From: Candidatus Multivorans sp.
GTDB lineage: Bacteria; Acidobacteriota; Thermoanaerobaculia; Multivoradales; Multivoraceae
Direction: 5' to 3'
Assembly (NCBI GenBank): GCA_965224025.1
Contig: OZ245033.1
Span: 1,760,001-1,824,000, forward strand
Length of the DNA: 64,000 nucleotides
Positions 22,243 through 32,897 of this stretch are shown here, in pieces (within the stretch, counting starts at the first letter, position 1; each line of letters starts with the position of its first letter). The notes below the pieces were generated by a model, which worked only from the letters and a program-made list of their open reading frames with translations, was not told the origin of the DNA and searched no databases. The position numbers and the translations under genes are program-made.

Positions 22243-22300
22243 GCGGAGCGACGTATCGGCGGTAGGATCCCAGGACAACCGTAGAACAAGGAGATCCGAG

Positions 22301-23374
22301 ATGCGGAAGACCCTCGCGCTGTTGTCCATGCTGATCGTGTCGGGCGCCGGCGCGGTCGCAGCCGCGGCCGCCGACGACATCCCCCGAACCGCCAACGGCA
22401 AACCGGACTTCACCGGCCGCTACGACATCCGCTCGTTGACGCCCTTCGAGCGCCTACCCGAGCGCGGCGAGAAACTCGTACTCAGTCCAGAGGAGGCGGC
22501 CGAGGTCGAGGCCGCCCAGGCTCAGCGGGTGCTGGCCGGCGACGCGGCCAGTGCGCCGGATCGCCCGCCGCCGGAGAAGGGTGCCTTCATCGACCGGCAA
22601 AGCTACAACTACGCCTGGTTCGATCCGGGCCACACGATGTTCAGGATCGACGGCAAGTACCGTACGTCCATCCTGACGAACCCCCCGAACGGACGGATGC
22701 CGCCGCTGACGGAAGAAGCCCAGAAGAATCGTGGGGCCCTGCCCAGGTTCATCTGGATGAACGATGACGGTACGGCCTGGTGGCTGGAGTCGGGCGACAC
22801 CCCCTTTGACAGCCCGGAGACAATGGTCCTCGGCGTGCGCTGCATCTACCAGCCAGGCGCTTCGATCCCGATCCGCACGATCTCCTACAACAACCTGAAG
22901 ACCCTGGTGCAGACGGACGACTATCTGATGATCCACATCGAGTGGATGCACTGGACGCGGGTCGTACGGATTGACGCGGGGCACTCGTCAACGCCGTACC
23001 GTTCCTACTCCGGCGACTCGATCGGCTGGTGGGAGGGCGACACCCTGGTCGTCGAGACGACGAACTTCCGTCGTGAAGCAGCGCCCCAGATGTTGCACGG
23101 TCGAAAGTCGGCGGGCGTGCCGCGTGGAGCGATGAAGGTCACCGAACGCTTCAGCCCGATCGACGGCCAGTCTCTGCTCTACCAGTTCGAAGTCGAGGAC
23201 GAGGAGTACACGGCGCCCTACGGCGGCGAGATGCCGTGGCCAATGACGGACCAGTACAACTACGAGTACGCCTGCCACGAGGGCAACTACTCGATGCTGG
23301 GGCAACTCAAGGGGGCGCGGCAGCTCGAGAAGGAGTGGATCGCGGCCGGCAAGCCGGTGAAGGACGGGGAGTAA
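22301..23374 (+). CDS. Secreted hypothetical protein (PRTxxGKPD...EYACHEGN family)
   Basis: Signal peptide; IPRTANGKPDFTG; GDSIGWWEGDTLVVETTNF; YEYACHEGNY; paralogues at 50799 and 51894. Confidence 0.8.
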   Translation: MRKTLALLSMLIVSGAGAVAAAAADDIPRTANGKPDFTGRYDIRSLTPFERLPERGEKLVLSPEEAAEVEAAQAQRVLAGDAASAPDRPPPEKGAFIDRQSYNYAWFDPGHTMFRIDGKYRTSILTNPPNGRMPPLTEEAQKNRGALPRFIWMNDDGTAWWLESGDTPFDSPETMVLGVRCIYQPGASIPIRTISYNNLKTLVQTDDYLMIHIEWMHWTRVVRIDAGHSSTPYRSYSGDSIGWWEGDTLVVETTNFRREAAPQMLHGRKSAGVPRGAMKVTERFSPIDGQSLLYQFEVEDEEYTAPYGGEMPWPMTDQYNYEYACHEGNYSMLGQLKGARQLEKEWIAAGKPVKDGE

Positions 23375-23387
23375 CCCGGCGTTCAGA

Positions 23388-23432
23388 GGCCGCCTGCGGC
23401 GGATGCGGGCAGGGATGCCCGCGTTCCCAGGC
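23388..23432 (-). repeat. REP-like repeat between convergent genes
   Basis: Reverse complement CCTGGGAACGCGGGCATCCCTGCCCGCATCCGCCGCAGGCGG is near-identical to 9895-9935. Confidence 0.8.
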
Positions 23433-23450
23433 TGGCTGCCGGCAGTCCAG

Positions 23451-24305
23451 TCAGATCATGCTGTAGCCGGAGCCCTGCCGCTCCGTGCCGAGCCCGCGCG
23501 CTTTCTCGATCCAGCCGAACTCCTCCAGGATCGCCTGGCTGTAGGTCACCAGGCCGGTGACCCGGTCGAGCGGTTCGGTGGCGAGCAGGAGCGCGGCCTG
23601 GGCCATGATCTCGACGGTCTCGGCTTCGTTCGGGTCGCGGCCTTCCATCAGCCGGTGGTGGATGACGCCGGGAGTCGGCACGATCTGGGACGGGCTGTAG
23701 CAGGTCACCGAGACCCCGTGTTCGTAGACCTCGGAGGCGAGGCCCTGGGTGAAGCGCTCCAGGGCCGCCTTCTCGGCGCCGTACAGCGAGCCGCCCGCGA
23801 ACTGCGGACCCTTGTAGGGACCGCGGCCGGGGCCGATCGCGGCGCCCGAAGAGACGTTGACGATGCTGCCGGAACCGCGTTCGATCATCTCGGGCAGCAC
23901 GAGCTTGGAGAGGTAGAACGGCGCGTGGAAGTTGACCGCGGTCGAGCGGTGCCACTTGTTGATCGGAAAGTCGACCACGGGGATGAAGTAGGTCAGGGCA
24001 GCGTTGTTGATCAGCACGTCGACCGGCCCGAGCGTGTCGCGCACCTCGTTCACCAGCCGCTCGCAGTTGTCGTACTCGGAGACGTCGCAGGCGAAAGCGG
24101 TCGCGTTCCCGCCGGCGGCCCGGATTTCCTCGATCGTCTCCTCGAGCGAGCCGCCAAGATAGTGGCCGCCTTCGGACAGCGTGCGTGCCGTGCAGGCAAC
24201 CCGCGCGCCGTGTTCCGCGAACAGTTCGGCGATCGCCTTGCCGATGCCGCGGCTCGCTCCGGTCACCAGCGCGACCTTGCCTTCGAGCTTCTCTGCTTGT
24301 GTCAA
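23451..24305 (-). CDS. SDR family oxidoreductase
   Basis: VALVTGASRGIG; LINNA; VNVSS; YGAEK (YxxxK); TTG start with GGAGG RBS. Confidence 0.9.
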   Translation of the reverse strand: MTQAEKLEGKVALVTGASRGIGKAIAELFAEHGARVACTARTLSEGGHYLGGSLEETIEEIRAAGGNATAFACDVSEYDNCERLVNEVRDTLGPVDVLINNAALTYFIPVVDFPINKWHRSTAVNFHAPFYLSKLVLPEMIERGSGSIVNVSSGAAIGPGRGPYKGPQFAGGSLYGAEKAALERFTQGLASEVYEHGVSVTCYSPSQIVPTPGVIHHRLMEGRDPNEAETVEIMAQAALLLATEPLDRVTGLVTYSQAILEEFGWIEKARGLGTERQGSGYSMI

Positions 24306-24318
24306 TGGCCTTCCTCCT

Positions 24319-25791
24319 TCATCCAACGTAGGCGTTTCGATATCGGTCCCGCAGCACGTTCTTCTGTACCTTTCCCATCGCGTTGCGCGGCAGTTCGTCG
24401 ACCCAGTAGAAGCGTCGCGGGTGCTTGAATCGGGCCAGATCCGCATCGAGCGCGGAGCGGAGCGTATCGTCGCCGACCGGCGTATCCTCGGCCACCAGCA
24501 CGGCCACGACGCCCTCGCCCAGGTCGGCGTGCGGCGCGCCGACGACCGCTGACTCCTGAACACCCGCCACCTCGTCCAGGCGATCCTCGACTTCCTTCGA
24601 GTACACGTTCAATCCGCCGGCGATGATCAGGTCCTTGCCGCGGCCAACCAGGGTCAGCCGACCCTCGTCGTCGACGCTGGCGAGGTCGCCGGTGATGAAG
24701 AATCCGTCGCCACGCATCTCTTCGGCCGTTTTGTCCGGCAGCCCCCAGTAGCCCGGGAACAGGTTCGGGCCTCGGATCTCCAGCATGCCGACTTCGTTCG
24801 CGGACCGTTCGGCGCCGCTTTCCGCCACCACCCGCACCTCGACATCCGGCAGAGGAAAGCCCACCGTGCCCGCCACGCGTTCCCCGCGCAGCGGGTTCGA
24901 CGTGATCATCCCCGCCTCGGTCATGCCGTAGCGCTCCAGGATCCGGTGCCCGGTCCGGGCCTCGAAGTCGCCGAAGGTCGCCTCGGTCAGCGGCGCCGAG
25001 CCGGAAACGAACAACCGAATGCCCTCGCAGTCCGCGCTGCCGAAGCCCGGCGCCGCCAGCAGCCGCGAGTAGAACGTCGGCACGCCCATCAGGACCGTCG
25101 CCTCGGGCAGCAGACGGCGCACCGCCACGACGTCGAACGCGGGCAGGAAGAGGATCTTCGAAGCGTTCAGGAACGCCGTGTGCAAAGCCACGAACAACCC
25201 GTGGACGTGAAAGATCGGTAGCGCGTGGAGCAACACGTCGCCCGATTCGAAGCCCCAGATCTCGTGCAGAGCGAGCGCGTTCGAGGTCAGATTCCCGTGC
25301 GTGATCATCGCGCCCTTGGACCGACCTGTGGTGCCCGACGTGTAGCAGATCGCGGCCAGGTCGTCGTCCGCCCGGGGTTGGATTGCCGGGTCCGGCGCGA
25401 GCGTCTGCGCCTCACGCCAGAGCGCGTCGATATCGACGGCGTCCGGCCCGGCCCCCGCGCCCCACACGACGACCCGAGGCGACGCATCGTTGACGAAGAA
25501 GTCCACTTCCCGCTCGGTGTAGGCCGCATTCAAGGGCACGTACACGCCGCCGCAGCGCAACACGCCCAAGTAGAGGGCCACCGCCTCCATCGATTTCGGC
25601 ACCTGCACCAGCACCCGGTCGCCCGGCTCAACGCCCCGTTTGCGCAGCGCGGCTGCGAACCGGGCCGACGCGTGGTCCAGATCGCCGTACGTCCATTCCG
25701 TGTTCGCGCCGTCGCCGCCCCGCAGCACGAGGCTCGGGCGATCCAGCGAGGGTTCGAAGCGTTCGCGGAGGAGGCCGAAGAGGTTCGTCAT
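24319..25791 (-). CDS. matB: Malonyl-CoA synthetase-like acyl-CoA ligase
   Basis: YTSGTTGRSKG; HALPIFHVHGLFVA; MGVPTFYSRL; ILERYGMTE; LPRNAMGKVQKN. Confidence 0.85.
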   Translation of the reverse strand: MTNLFGLLRERFEPSLDRPSLVLRGGDGANTEWTYGDLDHASARFAAALRKRGVEPGDRVLVQVPKSMEAVALYLGVLRCGGVYVPLNAAYTEREVDFFVNDASPRVVVWGAGAGPDAVDIDALWREAQTLAPDPAIQPRADDDLAAICYTSGTTGRSKGAMITHGNLTSNALALHEIWGFESGDVLLHALPIFHVHGLFVALHTAFLNASKILFLPAFDVVAVRRLLPEATVLMGVPTFYSRLLAAPGFGSADCEGIRLFVSGSAPLTEATFGDFEARTGHRILERYGMTEAGMITSNPLRGERVAGTVGFPLPDVEVRVVAESGAERSANEVGMLEIRGPNLFPGYWGLPDKTAEEMRGDGFFITGDLASVDDEGRLTLVGRGKDLIIAGGLNVYSKEVEDRLDEVAGVQESAVVGAPHADLGEGVVAVLVAEDTPVGDDTLRSALDADLARFKHPRRFYWVDELPRNAMGKVQKNVLRDRYRNAYVG

Positions 25792-25848
25792 GAGAAACTG
25801 GTCTCGGTCGGAAGATCGACGATCCTACGCGTGTTGCAGACTTGGTCC

Positions 25849-27216
25849 ATGCCCCCGATCCGTGCGCCCCTCTGTTCCCGGCGTCCCAGAGCGCTGCCCC
25901 TGCTCGCCGCCTTCCTGGTGGCGGTTCTCACCGCCTGCACGGACGATCCGGTCTCCGAGACCGTGACGCTCGAGTTCTTCCCGGAGTCGGCGGACGCACC
26001 GAACGCTGCCGGAGACGATGCCGGCGCCGCGGCGCCGGACACCGCCGGCTACGTGCGAGTCGAGGCTCAGGTCGATATCCGCCGCCACATGATTCCGAAG
26101 GACAACTCCCTCAGTGCGCGCCGCATCAACGACCGCACCGAAGCGCTGATGAACGAGCTCGACCCGTGGCACATCCGGTTCGACCGCCTCTTCGAGCCGA
26201 TCGCCGACGGCGCCGAGTGGCGGCGGGCCGGAAGAGAACTCACCAGCTACCGTCGCTGGGCGCTGGCGGCCGACCCGAACACCGCGCTCCAGGACTTCTT
26301 CGTCGACACCCCGATGCGCCCCGTCTTCGAGGTCTGGGACAGAGAACGCCGGTTGCCCGATCAGAGCCGGCCGCCGCCCCAGACCGTCACCCTGGCGTTC
26401 GTGTTTGCGGGCGGTACCCGGGCGACGGCGGGCGAGTCGACCGCCACCTACCGCGGCTTTCGCACCTTCGCAGCCGATGCCGCGCGCTACCAGCGTCGCG
26501 TCTCGACCCTGTGGAAGTACATGGACGAGAATCCGGGCCGCCGCTTCGAGACTCTGCGCGGACTGTTCGCCGCCGCAGACGGCGATGAACTGCCGGAGTC
26601 GCAGTTGATAGCAAGACCGCGGGAACTGGCGCCGCGGGCGGCGCCGCCGCCGGTCCGCCGTGGTTCCGAGAATCTCCCGCGGCTCCGCGACCTCGAGATC
26701 GAGTTGATCGAGAGAGTCGTCACCGCCGGCGAACCACTGGTCCAGATCTTCGAAGTGCCCAAGGACGACTCTTTCACCCTGCAGGAGCTGTCGCGCCGCG
26801 TGTTCGACCCCTTCCCGGGCGTCGTCACCGCCAAGCCTGACGGCGCCGTCGTGGAAGCGATCGGATTCGTCGAGAGCGGCGGCGGCTACCGCATCCCCTC
26901 ACTTGACCTCTGGAGCGCCTACCGGGCCCTGGATGGCCTGTTCGTGTCGCCCGATCCGCTCGTCTTTCTGCTCGAGACCCAGCAGGACGACTTCGGTTGC
27001 GACAAGGACGACGACGCCTGCAGGAACAGCGCGCGGGTCGCCGCCTTCCTCCAGAGCGGCGCCCTCAGGGCCAGCCCCGGCTCCTCGACCCGGATCCAGC
27101 AGGCACTGGAGGCCGAACTGCGTCCCCTCGACGAGTACCGCCTGGTCTGGATCCGCGGCGGCGCCGACGAGAACACGGGGGAAGCCGCCGAGACAGTCGT
27201 CGAGACTGGCGAGTAG
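25849..27216 (+). CDS. Hypothetical lipoprotein
   Basis: LLAAFLVAVLTAC lipobox; long ORF with coding-like composition. Confidence 0.65.
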   Translation: MPPIRAPLCSRRPRALPLLAAFLVAVLTACTDDPVSETVTLEFFPESADAPNAAGDDAGAAAPDTAGYVRVEAQVDIRRHMIPKDNSLSARRINDRTEALMNELDPWHIRFDRLFEPIADGAEWRRAGRELTSYRRWALAADPNTALQDFFVDTPMRPVFEVWDRERRLPDQSRPPPQTVTLAFVFAGGTRATAGESTATYRGFRTFAADAARYQRRVSTLWKYMDENPGRRFETLRGLFAAADGDELPESQLIARPRELAPRAAPPPVRRGSENLPRLRDLEIELIERVVTAGEPLVQIFEVPKDDSFTLQELSRRVFDPFPGVVTAKPDGAVVEAIGFVESGGGYRIPSLDLWSAYRALDGLFVSPDPLVFLLETQQDDFGCDKDDDACRNSARVAAFLQSGALRASPGSSTRIQQALEAELRPLDEYRLVWIRGGADENTGEAAETVVETGE

Positions 27217-27402
27217 GAGCTTGCGCCGCAGAACAGGGCGGAGTGCGTTCGAAGGCTCAAGGTCCTAGTGCGGTACGGGTCTGGCGGCGAACCCAGCCGG
27301 GGCCGGTACAATCCGGCGCTGAGTTACTGAGCGCGAAGCGGTGGAGCCACGGTCTGCTGAATCGGGAACCGCCGCGCAAGACTTGATCTTCACGAGGTGC
27401 CG

Positions 27403-28536
27403 ATGACCCGTTCGACCTTCATCCGACCCAAACTGTGTCCGTGCCGCGCCGCGGCGCTTCCCATTGCCGTCCTCCTGCTCCTGGCGGCCGCCGGTTCGGC
27501 CACCGCGCAGCGGCCCTACCCGCCCGACATGGAGGGAACGACCGCGGAGGTCTACCGCACCGTCGGCGATGTCGAACTGAACATCTACCTGTGCAACCCC
27601 GAGGGCCACTCGGCCGAGGACGAGAGACCCGCGATCGTCTTCTTCTTCGGCGGCGGCTGGCGTTCCGGTTCCCCGCAGCAGTTCCTGCCCCACTGCCGCT
27701 ACCTCGCCGACCGCGGGATGGTCGCCGCCGTCGCCGACTACCGGGTCGCCAGCCGCCACGGAGTAACGGCGAACGAATGCGTCGCAGACGCCAAAAGCGC
27801 GGTTCGCTGGCTGCGGGCGAACGCGGACCGGCTGGGCATCGATCCCGACCGGATCGCCGCGGGCGGCGGATCGGCGGGCGGCCATCTGGCCGCGGCCACG
27901 GCCACTCTGCCGGGGCACGATCCCGATCCCGACGGCCCGAGCCCGGCCCCCAACGCTCTGGTCCTGTTCAATCCCGCGACCGTTCTGGCGCCGGCCGAAG
28001 GAGATCCACCGCCAACCGACGAGACGCGCGAGCGGCTCGGAGCGCTCACCGAGCGCCTCGGCGCGCCGGCGGAGTCGATGTCCCCGTATCACCATCTGCG
28101 GCCGGGACTGCCTCCGACCATCATCTTCCATGGCACCGCCGACCAGACCGTCGCCCACAGCACCGCCGAGCGGTTCTGCAACGGCCTGAGAAAAGTCGGC
28201 GCCCGTTGCGATCTCGTGAGCTACGGCGGCGAAGGGCACGGCTTCTTCAACTACGACGGCGAGGGGGAGAGCAAGAACAAGAACTACGACAACACCGTCT
28301 ACCGAATGGACGGTTTCCTGTACACCCTGGAATGGCTTGACCCCAGGCCGAACCCGGACGGCACGCCCCGGAAACGACCGACCTGGCTGGACTCCTTCGG
28401 CGCAGCTCTGGAGAACGCGCCCGGCACGTTCCAGGACCCGACGCCGCAATCCGACGGCGAAGCGAAGGCCGAAGCCGGAGAGGGCGGCGAGAAGACCGAG
28501 GCGAGTTCCGAAGGCGATCCTCCGGACGGCCCATGA
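27403..28536 (+). CDS. Secreted alpha/beta hydrolase (esterase, BD-FAE-like)
   Basis: FFFGGGW oxyanion loop; GGSAGG nucleophile; HGTAD; GEGHGFFN. Confidence 0.88.
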   Translation: MTRSTFIRPKLCPCRAAALPIAVLLLLAAAGSATAQRPYPPDMEGTTAEVYRTVGDVELNIYLCNPEGHSAEDERPAIVFFFGGGWRSGSPQQFLPHCRYLADRGMVAAVADYRVASRHGVTANECVADAKSAVRWLRANADRLGIDPDRIAAGGGSAGGHLAAATATLPGHDPDPDGPSPAPNALVLFNPATVLAPAEGDPPPTDETRERLGALTERLGAPAESMSPYHHLRPGLPPTIIFHGTADQTVAHSTAERFCNGLRKVGARCDLVSYGGEGHGFFNYDGEGESKNKNYDNTVYRMDGFLYTLEWLDPRPNPDGTPRKRPTWLDSFGAALENAPGTFQDPTPQSDGEAKAEAGEGGEKTEASSEGDPPDGP

Positions 28537-29729
28537 GGACAGCGAGCCTCCACGCGAATGACCTGGATGAGCCGCGACCAGGAACTCGGCATGTCTACGC
28601 CGCCACCAGCACCCCGAGCAACGACTGGTACGGGGGCCACCGCCCGGGCAATGGCCTGTTCGCCGAGTCGATCCTGGCCCTCGACGCCGGGAGCGGCGAG
28701 CGGCAGTGGCACTTCCAGGCCGTCCAGCATGGCCTCTGGGACTTCGACTTCCCGGCCGCGCCCGTGCTCGCCGATATCGTCGTCGACGGCAAGGCAATCC
28801 GCGCCTTGGCGCAGCCTTCCAAGCAGGCGTTCCTCTACGTCTTCGACCGGGAGACCGGCGAGCCGGTCTGGCCGATCGTCGACCTGCCCGCGCCGCCGTC
28901 CGAAGTCCCCGGCGAGCAGGCCTGGCCGCCCCAGCCGCATCCGACCTGGCCCCTGCCCTACGACCTCCAGGGACTCGCCATCTCCGACCTGATCGACTTC
29001 ACGCCCGAGTTGCGGGCGATGGCTCTCGAGTACGTCTCCCAGTACCGCATCGGCCCGATCTTCCAGCCACCGACGCTGATCGAGGGGCCGGACGCCAAAG
29101 CCACGATCCAGGTACCCGGGGCTGTCGGCGGCACCAACTGAAACGGCGCCGCCCTCGATCCGGAGACGAAAGTGCTCTACCTGCCGTCCGTCACCGTGCC
29201 GGCGATCCTGGGCCCGTGCCCGCCGCCCGACCCCGCGCGTTCCAACCTGCGCTACCGGGTCGACCTGAGCGAGGCCGACGGCTACGAGTGGGCCACCCTG
29301 CCGATCACGAAACCGCCCTACGGACGCCTCACCGCGATCGACCTCGACACCGGCGAGCACCCGTGGATGGTGCCGAACGGCGACGGACCGCGCGATCACC
29401 CCGCACTCGCCCACTTCGACCTGCCGCCGCTCGGCCAGCAGGGCCGCGTGTCCGCCCTGGTCACGAAGACCCTGGTCTTCCTCGCCGACGGCTCGAACTC
29501 GATGGTGGTCCAACCCGTGGGCGCCGGCAGCAGGAAGTTCCGGGCCTGCGACAAGACGAACGGCGAAGTCGTCTGGGAGATGGAGCTGCCGGCCGGCGTC
29601 AGCGGCGCGCCGATGACCTACCTCCACGAAGGCCGCCAGTACATCGTGATGGCGATCAGCGGGACCGGCTTCGAGGGTGAGTTGCTGGCCCTGGCGCTGC
29701 CCGAAGCACCGGCTGGCGCGGCCCCCTAG
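28533..29729 (+). pseudogene. PQQ-dependent (glucose/quinate-type) dehydrogenase, C-terminal remnant
   Basis: WHFQAVQHGLWDFD; SKQAFLYVFDRETGEP; GGTN followed by TGA at 29139-29141 where W is expected; PPYGRLTAIDL; GAPMTYLHEGRQYIV; the N-terminal half is absent. Confidence 0.85.
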
Positions 29730-29743
29730 GCCCACAGCGTCGA

Positions 29744-31186
29744 ATGAACCTGCGCGCCGTTTCCGGTCTGGTCGGGCGGCTGCTGTTGCTGCTCGCCGGC
29801 GCGCAGTTGATCCCCTTCTCGTTCGCGCTCTGGCACGGCGAGGAGCGGACCGCGGCGGCGCTCGGCGGCTCGCTGCTTGTCTGCGCCGCGGCCGGAGTGG
29901 CGGCTCACTGGTGGGGCAAACCGCACGAAAAGATCTACCGGCGCGAGGCGATCCTGGTCGTGGTCGGCGCCTACGTCCTGGCCTCCTTCTTCGGCGCGCT
30001 TCCCTACGTCCTGAGCGGCGAGATCACGGACCCGATCGCGGCGCTGTTCGAATCCGCTTCGGGGTTCACGACCACGGGCGCCTCCATCCTGACCGACATC
30101 GAGCAACTGAGCGCCAGCATCCTGCTCTGGCGGAGCCTGACCCAGTGGCTCGGCGGCATGGGGATTCTGCTCCTGTTCGTCGCCCTGTTCCCGAGCCTGG
30201 GACCCGGCGCCCGTCTGCTCTACCGACTGGAGGTGCCGGGGCCCACCCAGGACATCATGCAGCCCCAGGTGCAGAAGACGGCGACCGTGCTCTGGCAGAT
30301 CTACGTCGGCCTGACCATCGCGCTCATTCTGCTGCTGCTGGCGGGCGGCGCCGGCCAGTACGAGGCCTTCTGCTACGCGCTGACGACCGTGTCCATCGGC
30401 GGTTTCGCGCCCCTGAACGCGAGTGTCGCCGCGTTCGACTCCGCCTTCATCGAATGGACGGTCATCGCCTTCATGCTGATCGCCGGCATCAACTTCTCGC
30501 TGATCTTCGCGGTCCGTTCACGGCCCGGCCAGCTCTACCGGGACACCGAGTTCCGGGCCTATGCGTCTATCGCCGCGGTGTTGGTGGCTCTGGTCACCGT
30601 GGATCGCTGGCGCAGCACCGATCTGCCGTTCCTGGAGGCGCTCCGCGAGGCCGCCTTCAACTCGGTGTCGCTGATGACGACGACCGGATACACGACCCGG
30701 GACTACGACTCCTGGAGCGACACCTCGCGCACCCTGCTGCTGCTCGCCATGTTCGTGGGCGGCTGCGCGGGCTCGACCGCTGGCGGCGTCAAGGTCGGTC
30801 GCCTGGTGATGACGCTCAAGATGGCGCTGCGGGAGGTGCAGCTCATGTTCAACCCGCGCCGCGTGCTGGCGCTGCGGGTCGGCAACCGGACGATCAGCGA
30901 TCAGGCGGCGCGCAGCCTGGGCGGCTTCATGACCCTGTTCGCCTTCCTGTGGCTGGGCGTCGCCGCCACCCTCGCCCTCGCCGGCAACGACATGGTCACC
31001 TCGCTGTCGTCGTCGCTGGCCTGCCTGTCGAATGTCGGCCCAGCGATGGGAGCGGCGGGGCCGAGTCTGGACTACAGCTTCTTCGCCGGTTGGGAGAAGC
31101 TGCTGCTGATCTTCCTGATGTGGCTGGGCCGGCTCGAGATCTTGGCCGTGGCGGCGATCTTCCTGCCCGTGTTCTGGCGCCGCTGA
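29744..31186 (+). CDS. trkH: TrkH-family potassium uptake membrane protein
   Basis: FESASGFTTTG; LLWRSLTQWLGGMG; MTTTG; GGCAGSTAGGVK; LSNVGP; LMWLGRLE. Confidence 0.93.
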   Translation: MNLRAVSGLVGRLLLLLAGAQLIPFSFALWHGEERTAAALGGSLLVCAAAGVAAHWWGKPHEKIYRREAILVVVGAYVLASFFGALPYVLSGEITDPIAALFESASGFTTTGASILTDIEQLSASILLWRSLTQWLGGMGILLLFVALFPSLGPGARLLYRLEVPGPTQDIMQPQVQKTATVLWQIYVGLTIALILLLLAGGAGQYEAFCYALTTVSIGGFAPLNASVAAFDSAFIEWTVIAFMLIAGINFSLIFAVRSRPGQLYRDTEFRAYASIAAVLVALVTVDRWRSTDLPFLEALREAAFNSVSLMTTTGYTTRDYDSWSDTSRTLLLLAMFVGGCAGSTAGGVKVGRLVMTLKMALREVQLMFNPRRVLALRVGNRTISDQAARSLGGFMTLFAFLWLGVAATLALAGNDMVTSLSSSLACLSNVGPAMGAAGPSLDYSFFAGWEKLLLIFLMWLGRLEILAVAAIFLPVFWRR

Positions 31187-31190
31187 GCCT

Positions 31191-31781
31191 CTACTCGACG
31201 CGGCAGACTTCGGCGAACTCCGGCCGCGGCAGACGGGGGAAGTGGCCCTCGGGATCGCCGTAGCCGATCGAACACAGGAAGTTGGAGCGCACCGAAGTGC
31301 CGGCGAAGAACATCTCGTCGCACTTCGCATTGTCGAACCCCGACATCGGGCCACAGTCGAGGCCCAGCGAGCGTGCCGCGAGCATGAAGTAGGCCCCCTG
31401 GAGAGTGGCGTTCCGGAACGCGGTGACCTCGGCCAGTGCGGAGTCGCCCCGAAACATCTCGGCCATGCCCGGGTTGTGCGCGAACAGAACGTCCATCTTC
31501 TCGAAGAAGGCGAGGTCGTAGCCGAGAATGGCCGTCGCGGGCGCCTGCCGGATCTTGTCCTGGTTGCCCGGCATGGCGATTGAAGCCAGCCTTTCCTTCG
31601 CTTCATCGCTCACTGTGAAGACGACCCGCTGCGGCCAGCAGTTCGCGCTGGTCGGGCCCCACTTCATCAGGTCGTGGAGTTCGCGCAGGGCCTCTTCGGG
31701 TACCTCCCGTGGCAACCACCGGTTCTGGCTGCGAGCGTCGCGGAAGAGGACATCCATGGCGTCGTCGTGGATCTTCGGCAT
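31191..31781 (-). CDS. RutE-like nitroreductase (malonic semialdehyde reductase family)
   Basis: LFRDARSQNRW; GPTSANC; RNATLQGAYFMLAARSLGLDCGPMSGFD; LPRPEF. Confidence 0.88.
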   Translation of the reverse strand: MPKIHDDAMDVLFRDARSQNRWLPREVPEEALRELHDLMKWGPTSANCWPQRVVFTVSDEAKERLASIAMPGNQDKIRQAPATAILGYDLAFFEKMDVLFAHNPGMAEMFRGDSALAEVTAFRNATLQGAYFMLAARSLGLDCGPMSGFDNAKCDEMFFAGTSVRSNFLCSIGYGDPEGHFPRLPRPEFAEVCRVE

Positions 31782-31810
31782 CGCGCTTCCCCCGGCGGAT
31801 GATACGTCGC

Positions 31811-32730
31811 TCAGTCCGTCGCGGCGGCGCGCCGAAACAGCGATGCGACGTGCCCCTCGGGCAAGGGCTTGGTCGCCAGCGACACCGCCGCGGTGCATCC
31901 GATCGCGAACAGCCCCGCCAGCGCCGCGCAGGAGGTCGGGTTCGGAGACTCACCGTGGAGCCACGAGAACACCGGATGCAGAAAACTGCCCTCGAACCAT
32001 GCCGGATCGATGACGCCGGTATGCAGGATCAGGAAGGAACTCAAACCGACGATCAGACCGGTGTAGGCGCCCGACCGGGTGACGCCGCCCCACAGCGCGC
32101 CGAGCACGAGCGGGCCCGCGAACGCCGCCATCATGCCGCCGTTTCCCGTCCAGACCAGAATGGCGATGTTCATGTCCATCAGCATCCAGGCCATCGCGAC
32201 GCAGACGACCATCACGCCCACGGTCGCCCAGCGGCTGATGACCAGCACCCGGCGGTCGAGCTGCTCCTCGCTGAGGTGCGAATGGAAGCGAGGCGCGATC
32301 GTCCGCCGGTAGAGGTCGTTCGCGACGATCTGGGACGACGACACGACGAGCCCGTCCGCCGTCGACATGACCGCCGACAGGATGCCGACGCCGATCAGCG
32401 CCGCCAGCCAGGCCGGGAACAGCTCGATGAACAGCGCCGGCAGCGCCTCGTTCGGCGTCGACCCCTCCTCGTACAGGCGGCCGCCGAGCACCGCCCGGGC
32501 GAGCGCGCCGCCGTGCCGTGCTCGTAGGCGATACCCGGGAAACCGAGGAATGTCGCTCCGCTCGCGGTCGTTGCCGCGAAGGCGAGGGCCAGGAAGAAGG
32601 GGCCGTACGCAGCCCGCGCGGTCGCGAAGTCGTCGGCGCCCTGAACCCGGTTCCGTCCGATCAGCCCGAACGCCAGCATGCCGCCCATGTAGACGGCCAG
32701 GAACAGCCAGGACCAGACGATCAAGCTCAT
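31811..32730 (-). pseudogene. Sodium:solute symporter remnant with an internal deletion
   Basis: The N-terminus (AATTASGATFLGFPGIAY) is joined out of frame near 32510 to the C-terminus (GILSAVMSTADGL...). Confidence 0.85.
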
Positions 32731-32764
32731 AGCGGAACGGCTCACCGTATCACCTGCACCGCGA

Positions 32765-32848
32765 CCCGGGTGGCGCGAATTCGCGCCACCCGTGAACCAG
32801 TCCGTGCGCCCGTCAGCGGGCGCGCGGATGGCACGAAACCGGGAGGCG
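32765..32848 (+). repeat. Intergenic copy of the palindromic ~85-bp repeat
   Basis: CCCGGGTGGCGCGAATTCGCGCCACCCGTGAACCAGTCCGTGCGCCCGTCAGCGGGCGCGCGGATGGCACGA; stems covary with 11313-11400. Confidence 0.75.
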
Positions 32849-32897
32849 CCGCGCGCCGTACTGCTATTACGAAGTCCACAACCCAGAGGCCATATCC

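Noticed and set aside
27217-27395. Short hairpins upstream of the esterase, possible riboswitch or tRNA
   Set aside because: No cloverleaf or recognisable riboswitch consensus; such hairpins are expected by chance at this GC content.
29139-29141. In-frame TGA in the PQQ gene as possible recoding (Sec/Trp)
   Set aside because: TGA is used as a normal stop throughout the window and the gene already lacks its N-terminal half; a TGG-to-TGA nonsense change is simpler.
23451-31781. matB + RutE-like + SDR as a malonate pathway cluster
   Set aside because: The genes are separated by unrelated genes on the opposite strand; there is no evidence of a single operon.
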